From positions 152,854-216,853 of the forward strand of contig VRVR01000032.1 of assembly GCA_009859145.1 (NCBI GenBank): 64,000 nt of DNA, given 5' to 3'. The notes under the pieces were generated by a model, which was not told the DNA's origin, searched no databases, and saw nothing but the letters and a program-made list of their open reading frames with translations. Both the position numbers and the translations under genes were made by a program. This document shows positions 63,430-64,000 of the stretch, one piece after another. This stretch comes from Andalucia godoyi And28. Its lineage: Eukaryota; Protista; Jakobida. The stretch's first letter is position 1, and every line of letters begins with the position of its first letter.

Positions 63430-64000
63430 ATGAGTACGGACGCTGAGCTTCGATTTAAAGTGTGTGCACAGGGGACCCGACTAGCTTCGCTTGGTCGCAA
63501 GCCCCGTGGCCAGTCTCGTGCGCCACCGCTGTCGACGCGAGACGATTCTCGGCATCTGGTTCTTCATAAGGACGATGGTGAGACTGGGGATGACATATCC
63601 CAGGTGACGTTTGCAACGGTTCCGTACGTGTCGTGGGACGTGATTCCACAGTGTCGACTAAAGCGGGTTCTGGAGACGGTCTTCCAGTTCCGATCGTTTG
63701 CATCAACGACAACGACAACAACAACGACAACGACAACGACGAGGCAAGAAGAGGAAGAAGAGGCGGAAAGAAAGAAAAAGAAAAGGATCATTGAGATGCT
63801 GGTAAAAGGGAGGAACCTGCTCTTGTTTGGAAGAACAGGCGGGGGGAAGTCGCGGCTTGCGTATGCACTCGCGCATGGACTGACAACCCCATCGTCGGAG
63901 CGTGCGAGCATTGGAGAAGGAATGGCACTTCTCATACGCCCAAGCGATGTCTATTCGCCGTATCTTGGTGAAAGCGAGGCGCGGATTCGCAGAATCTTCA
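63430..64000 (+). CDS. AAA+ ATPase (CDC48/AFG2-like), 3'-truncated by the window edge
   Basis: Frame read manually and absent from the ORF track: ATG 63430 ...VSWDVI...LLLFGRTGGGKS (Walker A)...YLGESEARIRRIF, open to the window end. Confidence 0.82.
   Translation, partial: MSTDAELRFKVCAQGTRLASLGRKPRGQSRAPPLSTRDDSRHLVLHKDDGETGDDISQVTFATVPYVSWDVIPQCRLKRVLETVFQFRSFASTTTTTTTTTTTTRQEEEEEAERKKKKRIIEMLVKGRNLLLFGRTGGGKSRLAYALAHGLTTPSSERASIGEGMALLIRPSDVYSPYLGESEARIRRIF

Overview
This is a compact, almost intron-free eukaryotic (protist-like) nuclear region with about 33 protein-coding genes and one tRNA-Gly(TCC). The gene density and the bacterial-type organellar genes (RadA/Sms, Thg1-like protein) suggest a jakobid-like discoban protist; this is an inference and I could not verify it. 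Recognisable genes: PEX4, RadA, Thg1-like, polyprenyl diphosphate synthase, HGSNAT-like, tafazzin, WDR12, GlcNAc kinase, PTS2-bearing citrate synthase, PIG-W, mitochondrial LysRS, Tpt1, DUF455, CENP-E-like kinesin, GH39, SAC1, PACRG, GNAT, an SH3-kinesin-14 fusion, VAP, ankyrin protein, ABHD17, UBX, PHAF1, SDR42E1-like and a partial AAA ATPase. The main result is in the intergenic DNA. Three separate spacers (about 35.3-35.6, 44.17-44.57 and 53.43-53.64 kb) hold internally deleted TnpB/Fanzor2-like relics that the ORF track does not show as such. They keep the N-terminal 'RxxxIKxHPxxEQRATLRKW' motif and/or the RuvC-III 'IDRDWNxARxIYLK' motif. Each is followed by a shared non-coding core. Copies A and B fold the same way, with compensatory changes and GNRA/UUCG tetraloops, as expected for an omegaRNA guide scaffold. 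Other observations: a second, unidentified dispersed coding-like relic, a candidate ~240-nt structured RNA, a gene with two 87-nt introns, three convergent gene pairs with interlocked stop codons, and a frameshift-riddled LRR gene. CDS starts are moved to the most plausible in-frame ATG where the ORF track used an upstream non-ATG start.
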